Virus record (IMG/VR): IMGVR_UViG_3300024359_000009
Location: 3,232 to 67,231 of that record
Reading direction: 5' to 3' (one strand)
DNA from: a virus
DNA: 64,000 bases
Shown: piece by piece, positions 30,201-35,357 of the stretch
Position numbering within the stretch: position 1 is the stretch's first letter
How the letters are laid out: each line of letters opens with the position of its first letter
Position numbers and translations under genes: made by a program
The notes under the pieces: generated by a model
What the model was told of the DNA's origin: nothing
Databases searched by the model: none
What the model saw: the letters and a program-made list of their open reading frames with translations, nothing else

Positions 30201-31477
30201 GCATCATCAGCATATTTAGCCATAGAATTACCGTCAGCTAACGCTGATAAAAGATTATCCTTACCTCCTCCAGCAATCGCTTTTTTACCTTCTCCTTCAG
30301 CTATAAAGTTTATTTGTTCTTCTCCAAATTCTTGTACACCCTCAGCACCTAATGTTCTTAGTCCTGCTTTTGAAAATAATTTTTTAGGGGCCTCAAGTAA
30401 AGTTCTTGATGCTAATGTTTGAGCACCAGCACGAGTAAACATACTTGCACCAGTTAAATTCAAAGCAATATTTGCTCTGTTAATGGCAATTATATTAGAA
30501 GCGTCATCAGCAGCTTTGGCTTTAGCTTCTTCTTCAGTAGCACCTAAAGAAATATAATGATCTAAATTTTCTTTGTAAACTGTTGAAGCTGACATTACTG
30601 CTTCTGTTTGATTCAGAGCTGTAGCTGTAGCTAATGTGGATGTTCCTTTAGCTAATTTTTGTACCCACTTAGCTGCGTTAGCTGTTAATCCAGCAGCACC
30701 AGCACCAAACGTAGCACCTACTACAGCACCTTGCGCTGCAAAAGCTCCTATTGAAGCAACTAAAGAAGAACCGTTTTCAAACCACCATGCTGGATCTCCA
30801 ATATCAAAAGCCTCTCCTGGCTTTTCTCTGTAAATAGCAAAAGAGTCATTCATTGCATTTTTATACTCTTCCATTTTATCTGAAATAGGATTACCTACTT
30901 CATCATCTTGATTGTAGTAATCTTCTATATCAACCATAGAAGCCATACCACCTACAAAATCAAATATAGCACCACCCACAGCTCTAACAACCGCATTACC
31001 AGCTTGCTCAACTCCACTTTGTCCTTGAGCTCTACGTAAATCTAACTCTTGAGTACCAACCCAAGGTTTAACTTGGTCCATATAATCAGAGTAAGCATCT
31101 ACATCTATGTCATATACTTTATTTGCGTTTAATCTCGCACCAGCACCTTCTTCGTATTTTCCTGGATTCTTTTTATAATCTTCAAGCTGTGCTCCTCTAA
31201 GAGGTAGACCTGTTGAAGGATCTAAAACAGTTTCATTTAAAGCCTCAGAAATAGTTTTTTTCTTTTCTTTTTCACGCTTTGCTGGTCCAGGACCAGGATT
31301 AGCAGGAACACTTTTTTGAAATTGTTCTTCTTGTTGTTTACGAAGTCTTTCTAATTCTTGTTCTGAATAAGCTACACCAGTAGCAGGATTGATTGCGCCA
31401 GCCCCATAGCCACCGTCTGTATTGAACATTATATTTTCTTCCATGATAATACTTTTTACTAAAAACAGGTAGATCAA
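18203..31477 (-). CDS. giant virion RNA polymerase polyprotein (crAss/phi14:2-type two-barrel RNAP; probable start ATG 31444)
   Basis: GYRIPTQ at 21411-21430; GSDYDVDK with catalytic DxDxD at 21293-21307; DAQGY and LDNAKDP motifs; HEAFH zincin; Gly/Ala-rich hydrophobic N-terminal helices. Confidence 0.9.
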   Translation of the reverse strand: MIYLFLVKSIIMEENIMFNTDGGYGAGAINPATGVAYSEQELERLRKQQEEQFQKSVPANPGPGPAKREKEKKKTISEALNETVLDPSTGLPLRGAQLEDYKKNPGKYEEGAGARLNANKVYDIDVDAYSDYMDQVKPWVGTQELDLRRAQGQSGVEQAGNAVVRAVGGAIFDFVGGMASMVDIEDYYNQDDEVGNPISDKMEEYKNAMNDSFAIYREKPGEAFDIGDPAWWFENGSSLVASIGAFAAQGAVVGATFGAGAAGLTANAAKWVQKLAKGTSTLATATALNQTEAVMSASTVYKENLDHYISLGATEEEAKAKAADDASNIIAINRANIALNLTGASMFTRAGAQTLASRTLLEAPKKLFSKAGLRTLGAEGVQEFGEEQINFIAEGEGKKAIAGGGKDNLLSALADGNSMAKYADDASFWEAGTLGAIGGIGQGAGGMAYRKASGKYKQELEQFEKQEARIAEIDNMAKKSSAKNGTLSSVFLSAADFKTKAEAQKAAEKELEKAEAEGDTKKIEQAQAKVSAAADNMLWSQVKNSLQDGTTESLLAAYKHMASIPEKEAIDERGMPSNYKERAESAIEFIEETEDAYNKFSFASPKLQSSAVVNRATALNYKKYTKEAKENIQEVEKAMNEIRSGLSPSYASMSDEELALENDAFAFALKLKRDNEKEADENSKIQNELDSEYIQMVKKSEGKRAAKNKADDIRKNRFERRREDAFRERIQDEIIDNGLTRDGIQSLINSVQKSNHPEKNSRLDVLYDFLEKVSKNETIALDNKRKQAQTEVLQHIDTQAESLKQELGLTPKAAKKVAEAAKKQPGKKVEAPTNEKEEAPTQNAPSEGQQSLNEILGVPTVSLSEDGKITVQETEPTATAEDLGEKVPNKTLENLSPERKAELSDGTKMLLEEANTVKEITDNLDLLGDDIKSSEAAILNERVQELQSFEQALKDKEAALEQRDKELEEAGVDPDAMLDTKDIRIVQLSEKEGDNSAKYGLENTPVLDLDSEVETTEEEDIEEEAEAKMQPQLQAMPVDAVTTVDTQFISLQIDNPETPTSNNIEMGVREKGFFVKATDENGNPIPKLATKYVRKTEDNLTEAEKAVAIPLYWYPVKLDETTGMPIIRQGFGMDKFRYDKSSAPVPLLTKGMKGEPIYIVPADLNETPVLESEVLAFEDWVKPENAKKDQVVYLKKGQYVYPQGHEKAGQEIFPDAGEHNQPITVHLTPDGPPVQKIAADSVEELSDLRTNFDVYSDESGAVPVMIHKKGKGFVINQKQPDGSSAKNPIGVLGAFGKDFTLGVGSNGTVIYTENGVEKEYEAKVEDGRVYAMVTSANGDKVPVRLETKKVSEKDADHIIDNILLNSELEGNDKAAIIKSIVGTIANHNIEDSENANGPLFFANNREIKLRVGGQILSIGFYDFGDKGINNLRQALNGERFLATVYQSSTGNPEYNYGEPLLNDDGKPKQEYFDPKSPKTLTPEMLEALQDFRQVIKDAIMSKNYDVSKKNIVSNTATIDHTTGETYNSYSEYLEGKNILTTDVTGLSTGQKFTNSKAQLIPVNKKIQIVTPSVEVTSDIDSLDVAKAKTKADIKRRRQVELLSIENSVELTPENQSNYINDQLAYRSLSKEGFINAAETGVLSQKGYNNNPKYSSIYFGNGTKGFNVVMDFAEKAGGDPYIAVVPRANLKTAGLKHNASTTNSNTTKPVFTNDVVYLIGDYKNEKIYVKEHTEIDKINAKYDAELTALEQQDNAVKNESNTDGEATPANIEIVSETDNVIDSDPTQNEIDNNTQELEPEKELDGTETINTEDIDPNDEDLVFRKVESKFEENPLNILTDTEISWIIDTFGEEHLAPMAQAKFILIKGEKAYGAYSNGMVFLARDGKKGTAYHEAFHLVLDLASTSKEKEVLMKAAKKVFGEINKRSQKYQDLKTTYPNKNEAELAEVYYEEEMAEAFRTFMESEESKGKIKKTKVGIAIQKFFDRIRKAILAMRIKGSQMLNRDSVYLSNSIMNKAFLNIKNGNVTFSERAKSIMDKQYFNPNDFKLRRKKGFTEEFKHDMVSTMRYALMRKVIPKMIADGRTTATSITEMITSNKYVEDVRTAINETRDILLKQGTTFLNSKNPTANKTLSGRYLEKSLQDSEWNDKFEGGIVSDPGFGSLLIDSLKLHGSNVKRQKTTDGFTEYDAKKVENEVLEFGEEVVEEGENESTSIERIHNSHFALSDPKKTLASEVKIALSFVPTPTIVDKKTGKTISNGRSKFTMLPTFIDFHKVYSMLTSKLADVDISEMEDKLQELSAWNPMISSVYTEYQNWSPELKNKFKAVMSKTQLKFMTVVSGENMEWKLIETNRTGVLKQILEGWARNKNAKNLFVEEQGQTATVNKEVLQKMADSYETLSNEKLQENPVDYYKAINEVFSFIGIEFDAPVLQMLATKYSPKDFNKSYVQGKFKFIMNELGYDVKTKKIKSGKGVDPYVSTQNKGQLKTITKIAELVKDVSTDLYTGSFVNGEGKMVYSINLNSYISKFKQDVSTVENIEKMWEDSYSKDVFYNPDGNLGVHGSLFFELLKNNPKMREEFDIIELDTAKDKEKGKGTSFDQMIEKQAWLTRMAMFANNGNRKSTGYSYISMGTKADKGRSLYMKVPTLQNAKAPAEMSISNGIGVKYVKEAAKHVLKRNVMQEAARIRLTQEQLFGPEALRDDQLVENLHYKGTNPDGTLNRKAANGLKFMSIPDLNFSTYGLFNTDGSLKEISTETNYAKVNKALDAFLDREVLRGKNRMVKAGVLFEKDGIYYTDMVKVDSFGGTSVTIDGEQVNKIDDQVSEFLMNELVWRTEINKFQMGDLALYKTKTADISNDAEFNGVKGEFLSVVTDAGKRSYQTITPGIDHVIDSMYGKPKQMSMAIMKDIETSMSVDSAVNIAENLVGESNWAKPYLTEDGMKKSTSSLSTEKKDAIKIVRMYRKGSNSADAQGYTTLEAHRHSMMSRGDWTMEGEHSHEKAYNEYWKKEVPVSSWPDWVNKLALKPLKTFYWGKQYDVALQRVSFKQIKHSTVPLYAGMTKQVPSLDKLRQRMEATGEFSNMDPIDVVNMESAVKVGKSGVNTYSQDGSYLSNMTLQTIYSENERSPFILPTDKGTDPKDGSQFVKLITSNMDPGAVYNTVEGMEAMTTEQIKSVSNSVYVEKIKRASKKLREDLGYDKYLANGKSNSRENQLEFLKKVQKLLIEQIESRDLPDNYSIALEIQQLESGDYSFAMPLSFPAYAKKFEIALASLYKSRVLTQRLPGDAAVQVAEYGDDTENRLKYYSFENGDMKAAECAISYKEAEKLGILEYADENGIIDHDKMPDKSVLEIIGYRIPTQGKSSMLPLIVKRILPPTSKGQIMLPHEIVTQTGSDYDVDKMFLYYPALQNKKHSIIWGHPGLGKSTLRKNRQDVLDFDTDFKPKVAELLGLPEGKRSSVSLNKWRKEDPKNEALFEKAMKKVWGQAKKQAKKDGSTLMVSDMMFLKDFQSDFDKVITTNKNTFIKRAKERGDSVEGLESWKENIDKVVNNVSKDKIVSTEKYLSDIFDSLNLKQGIQKVPFQNSLKKMVEGTKSADALSDKQIENILFATRFGILTSKHNNKEVVNPLDSATYPNKMEEYGDYNLLEKTSTFNFSSGYTDMHLEMVNKDAKALVGIFSSHSVGQAIAQDVSIATSTPVYIKTVDQDGKEIGTKDNQANDLSGIYGFDGVLRSIYTNENQNASLDNAKDPITGSLNINTFTANVVAYLNRLGYNNDIAVDLINQPIIRELTNANNLSTDGAYITTLAAEVAERFDLPKVGRTGKELSYDAAENNRVTITPENLKAVLKATKSLDEMSEDELMYQKQVLLDFVQYHKAGTDLAKTNKMMSPDRFTQMSGLVDIEIWKNNKTYVEEGRGAITVNNLYTEDAAVPRIKAYYDEAILGAENIISEFMPYNSKVFSIIKDSIAYSTHQKDGYIGDKDLLNKINSDIFSYVMFGKDSPVQKYMMSDSDQDVIKRKLFDIKRSTAKQIDILKKKYNLQNNTFLSMVSSDNFNSRNSLQMLKFNNTASYSGETKSSFVDAFEELVYYPEKVLKSSYPKFNTLSAVEKQKAVDALSLNMRRIIQYGIVTSGFQNGPNTFIDLFPVRLWKDLTLNEDGQSLGSLSKYIADQLEAFENVANEHLTAYAVDTKNDDALGDISGQYNMVDQIIRNRFEADKLLKSVSLRANKLDVTKEAESITGKKKFPHTFGVSSDNAANLFNIQRKSGDLVKAELKSPAGFPYYIKMWDTENKKWRLYKRQSQIVDAIKGYAEYQVISPLGEEHKFFEVYPTKENPDSIHPDNNDFKVVEPKKTTPKKSKETADDSLFEDEYNPEQELPGIDFEQYSGSSDVSLNSMSEPGGINIIMPKSEGDIVNKKIDDGELGLSCSK

Positions 31478-31482
31478 AAATA
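31475..31482 (-). promoter_or_regulatory. putative -7 promoter box (TATTTTTG) upstream of the RNAP gene
   Basis: TAnnTTTG match about 30 nt upstream of ATG 31444. Confidence 0.4.
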
Positions 31483-31532
31483 CAAAATATCCTTTAATCT
31501 ATAACTGTTTTTAGTAAAGTATAATCTAAAAG

Positions 31533-32360
31533 TTAATAACTACCAGTATAAACTTTTTCCAAAACATCTCCCATTTCTGCTAATCTCTCTGAATAAGGAG
31601 TAAGAGCCACTCCGTTTTTACTTGTTGCTGATTCAGCTATCATAGGTTCTCCTTGGGAGTTATAAACTATTATACCAATATGGTCAATACCATACTTTCT
31701 ATTTTTATCAAACCCATGGTCTCCAGTATCAAATGCTATCACCATTCCTTCTTTTAAATCTGATTTTTTAATAGATTTCCAATCTGTATAAGTTTTATGG
31801 TCTTTAGAATTAACCCATAATCCTTGAGAACTTAAATCATCTGTTGGAACTGATTTATTTAAGTCTGTAAGTACTTTATAAACAAACCCCGAACAGTCTA
31901 TACTATTCCCACTTTTATCTCCAAGATTATATGTTTTATCTCGCATAGAAGCAACAGAACGAACTATAGCTTTACTTGTACTATTTGATGGTAGTTGATT
32001 AAAAGCACTCACAATTTCATCTCCTTTTAAAGATGTTCCAGAAGGCTTTTCATTTTGCTCCAGAGTTTGCTGTGCGTATGCTTCAGCTTTAATATCATTC
32101 AAAGTTTTTGGAGTTGCTCCATTTTTTTCTACCATATTTGATTTAACTACATTTGATTTACCTTTTAAGTTATCAGTAGTCAATTCTTTTGCAGGAGTAA
32201 CAGGAGCAGGTTGCTGATAAGCTTGCTGTTTTATTTGGTCTAATGTAATTCCAATATTTTGCTTTGGAATTACAGGTTGTAATGGTTTTTGTGGTGCTGG
32301 TGGCTCTTGTTCTTGTATGCTTGAAGTAGTAAGAACAGGAGGAGTATTAGGCAATGGCAC
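31533..32360 (-). CDS. NlpC/P60 peptidoglycan hydrolase, probably the -1 frameshift extension of the upstream cargo gene
   Basis: IDCSGFV and DHIGI catalytic motifs; Pro/Gln-rich linker at the N-terminus; frame stays open upstream to the A9 run at 32410-32418. Confidence 0.85.
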   Translation of the reverse strand: MPLPNTPPVLTTSSIQEQEPPAPQKPLQPVIPKQNIGITLDQIKQQAYQQPAPVTPAKELTTDNLKGKSNVVKSNMVEKNGATPKTLNDIKAEAYAQQTLEQNEKPSGTSLKGDEIVSAFNQLPSNSTSKAIVRSVASMRDKTYNLGDKSGNSIDCSGFVYKVLTDLNKSVPTDDLSSQGLWVNSKDHKTYTDWKSIKKSDLKEGMVIAFDTGDHGFDKNRKYGIDHIGIIVYNSQGEPMIAESATSKNGVALTPYSERLAEMGDVLEKVYTGSY

Positions 32361-32392
32361 AGCCCCTCCTCCTTGTTCATTACTTGGGATAT

Positions 32393-35338
32393 TTACTGAG
32401 TTATTGGACTTTTTTTTTCAACCTCCTCTTGTTCAAATATAGATGGATCATATTGTATTCCTAACATATCCATTAAATTTCTATATGTTTGATTCGGAAC
32501 GTTTACTGCTTTATATGCATTTTTATATTCTTTATCAATAGATTGTAGTAGTATTTTACTATCATCTCTACTATCCACATCTACAGTAAATCTTTTAGCT
32601 TCTAAAGCTTTACCAGTCAACATACCATCTGTCATTGTTAAAAATAACTGACCTTCAGGAGAGTTAGCATCTATAGGAGGTAATTTTGTTGTTTTAGGAT
32701 CTATGTTACTTATAAAAGTATGTAAATCTGGTAACGTTTGTTCCAACCCATTATAAAAAGTTGTAGATGGAGATAAATTTTCACCACTATACTGATAATT
32801 TTGAGATCCAGTTTTTTTCATTTGGATGGTATTATCAACACCTTGTAATATAAAACGATTATTTACAGGTATTTTAGTAAGTTGTGGAATATTTATCTCT
32901 GTTGAATAATTATTTTTAGTATCTGATATTTTTAAATTAGCGTCTGCATTTTCAAAAATCGCATCAGTTGTAACCGTATTATTTAATCTATCTTTTACAA
33001 AATCAACTGCTCCAGATTTATCTGTTACATTAGCTTGATTCAAGTAGTTACCTAAATGCGTATATAATGAGCCTGAAGCATCTCTACTTGAGTACATGGT
33101 GTAAGAAGTAGGTACTTTTGTAGCTTTTCCAGTATCATCGTATGTTGTTAAAGTACCTTTTACTATTATTGGAATATACTCTTCACCTCCTCCTAAATCT
33201 AATTCATCCATTCCTACATGAGAAAACTCTTCAGCTACAAAACCTGTTAATAATTCTGGGTTCTCTGTAGCAGATATAGCCTCTCCTGTTGTTGTATTAT
33301 AAACAACAGCATTTTTTTGATTAATTATATCTGTTGCTGATGATAATGCATTTGCGTAAGATTCGTTAGCCATTTTCTTTTGTGGTTCAGAAGCTAATCC
33401 TTTTTCTATTTCAGGAATAGCTAAAAATCCAGTAGAATATGCAGGTGTTTCGACACCTACTTTTTCGATATGGTTATTGTACGCATCGTAATACTCTTGT
33501 TTCATATCTTCTGCCATAGCATCAAAAACATCATCAAACTCTTGACCATGTGATGAACCTCCTCCTTTATGTTTATAAAAATAACCACCTAATTTTATTA
33601 ACGCTTGTTCTTGATTTTCAGGCCACTTTAAGGCATCTGTTACTTTTTTTACTGCTTCAGGATCTTTAGTGGCTAAAGCTTTTACAAAAGTAGCTCTATC
33701 TATTCCTGCTCTTTCAAAAAACTCTGGTTTTGCCTCAGCACTATATCCTTGATCTATTACATAACTAAGTCTTTTAGCAAATTGCACAAACTCTTTATTA
33801 TCCATATTAACACCAGAAGCTTCATTTATAGCTTGTCTTACATACTCTGTGCGTACATAGTCTTTTACATTTGAAATATCTGATGTAACTTCCCCTAACT
33901 CAAGATCGTTATCTTTAATGATATTTCCTTTAGCATCTTTTTGAAACTCTACATTTTTATAAAAATCGATAGTATTTGTCTTACGATCCCACTGTCCAGT
34001 TCCTTCTAATTGACGTTTTATTTTAACAGCTTCTACTCCTTCATTGTTATTTTGAATAGTATTATCTTCCCAATTATTTCTTGTTTGTACAAGTGTATTT
34101 AATTTATTTATAGCAGCTTGTTGCTCTATCTGATACTGTTTATACTGAGATGCAGTAATTGGAGGGGTAACATTATTTCTAACTGCTTCTTCGTATGCTT
34201 TTATCTCTGCAGAATGCTCTTGGGTTTGTGCTGCATAAGATCCTTCCAGTTGTGCTACTTCTTCTGGAGAAGTATATCTTTTAGAATTAGTATTGTTAAC
34301 ACCAGTTACTTGATCAACACTTGTCTCAATTGCTGGAGGAACAACTACTTCTTCAACTTCATCAGCTTTCTTTCTTTTATATGCTATGGTCGCAGCAAGT
34401 TGTGCATCGTTTTGTGTATGCGCACCTATTTCAGTATATGCAGCGTAATCAACTGCAGCTGCGATACCTTTATCAATATAAGCTTCTTTATCAAAAACGG
34501 TTCCACCGTTTTGTTCTCTTAATTCTTTAATTAAATAATTAGCCCCGTCTTCACTATGACCTTGACTCATTAATTCTTTCTTTTTAATAATCTCAGCTCC
34601 CCTATCTTTTTGTTCAAAGAAAGAAGTAAAAGCAGGAGAAGAGTTTACATAGTTTTTAGCAATACGTGTAGCTTCTTCAGCAGTAACTTCTGAATTGTCT
34701 TCCCATCTAAGAACACCAAAATTATCAGCTTGCATTATACGCCCATCCTCTGTATAGATAGGTGTCTTGTTTGCTTTGATACCTTTTAAATACTCTTGAA
34801 CATTTTTAGCCATTTCAGGAGTTTTCTTAGCCATTACATTTTCCCATTTATTAAACGATCTATAATCATCTACTTCTCCGATACCAATTTGATTTTTAGC
34901 TTCTATATCAGCCATAGCTGCTGCATATACTTCTGGATCTAAACTCGCTTTTTCTTCTTCAATAGCTTTTTTATTTGCTTCATAACCTTTAGAAAAACTT
35001 CTAATATCTTGTAACGCAACATCATTAGCTGCTTGAGAACCAAGACCTATCATTTTATTATACTTCTCCGTGGTCGTCAGCTTTTTATCATTTAGAACCC
35101 TTTCTTGTTCAGTGTTGTAATAATTAGCTCTTTGTTCTAATTTACGAGCATTAAAATCATTTGTAGCACGAATGTCTTGATATTGTTTATCAAGCAGAGC
35201 CTGCTGTTTAGCCAACTTTTCAGTTTGACCTGTTCGCCATTTTTTGTTTTCCAATAAAGCACCAAAAGGAATTGGATTCGCTTCTGGCATTAATGCAGCT
35301 CCTGGAGCTAAAAATTGATATTGTGGTGTATATCCCAT
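32393..35338 (-). CDS. virion cargo/ejection protein
   Basis: 981 aa, helical, no Cys seen; N-terminal NPIPF motif; lies between the first cargo gene and the RNAP gene. Confidence 0.65.
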   Translation of the reverse strand: MGYTPQYQFLAPGAALMPEANPIPFGALLENKKWRTGQTEKLAKQQALLDKQYQDIRATNDFNARKLEQRANYYNTEQERVLNDKKLTTTEKYNKMIGLGSQAANDVALQDIRSFSKGYEANKKAIEEEKASLDPEVYAAAMADIEAKNQIGIGEVDDYRSFNKWENVMAKKTPEMAKNVQEYLKGIKANKTPIYTEDGRIMQADNFGVLRWEDNSEVTAEEATRIAKNYVNSSPAFTSFFEQKDRGAEIIKKKELMSQGHSEDGANYLIKELREQNGGTVFDKEAYIDKGIAAAVDYAAYTEIGAHTQNDAQLAATIAYKRKKADEVEEVVVPPAIETSVDQVTGVNNTNSKRYTSPEEVAQLEGSYAAQTQEHSAEIKAYEEAVRNNVTPPITASQYKQYQIEQQAAINKLNTLVQTRNNWEDNTIQNNNEGVEAVKIKRQLEGTGQWDRKTNTIDFYKNVEFQKDAKGNIIKDNDLELGEVTSDISNVKDYVRTEYVRQAINEASGVNMDNKEFVQFAKRLSYVIDQGYSAEAKPEFFERAGIDRATFVKALATKDPEAVKKVTDALKWPENQEQALIKLGGYFYKHKGGGSSHGQEFDDVFDAMAEDMKQEYYDAYNNHIEKVGVETPAYSTGFLAIPEIEKGLASEPQKKMANESYANALSSATDIINQKNAVVYNTTTGEAISATENPELLTGFVAEEFSHVGMDELDLGGGEEYIPIIVKGTLTTYDDTGKATKVPTSYTMYSSRDASGSLYTHLGNYLNQANVTDKSGAVDFVKDRLNNTVTTDAIFENADANLKISDTKNNYSTEINIPQLTKIPVNNRFILQGVDNTIQMKKTGSQNYQYSGENLSPSTTFYNGLEQTLPDLHTFISNIDPKTTKLPPIDANSPEGQLFLTMTDGMLTGKALEAKRFTVDVDSRDDSKILLQSIDKEYKNAYKAVNVPNQTYRNLMDMLGIQYDPSIFEQEEVEKKSPITQ
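32410..32418 (-). other. candidate -1 frameshift / slippage site (GAA AAA AAA AGT, A9)
   Basis: A_AAA_AAA heptamer 5 codons before the stop; the -1 frame reads KSNNSVNIPSNEQGGGAVPLPNTP straight into the NlpC/P60 ORF. Confidence 0.65.
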
Positions 35339-35357
35339 TACCGTATATTTAATTTTA

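Noticed and set aside
16472-30833. Many short + strand ORFs (for example 24732-25280) opposite the giant genes
   Set aside because: Shadow ORFs produced by codon bias; no motifs or plausible leaders.
32361-32374. GGAGGAGG as a Shine-Dalgarno site proving an independent GTG start for NlpC/P60
   Set aside because: Not excluded, but not adopted. Other genes here lack SD sites, Bacteroidota rarely use them, and the sequence reads as a Gly-Gly-Gly linker in the open -1 frame.
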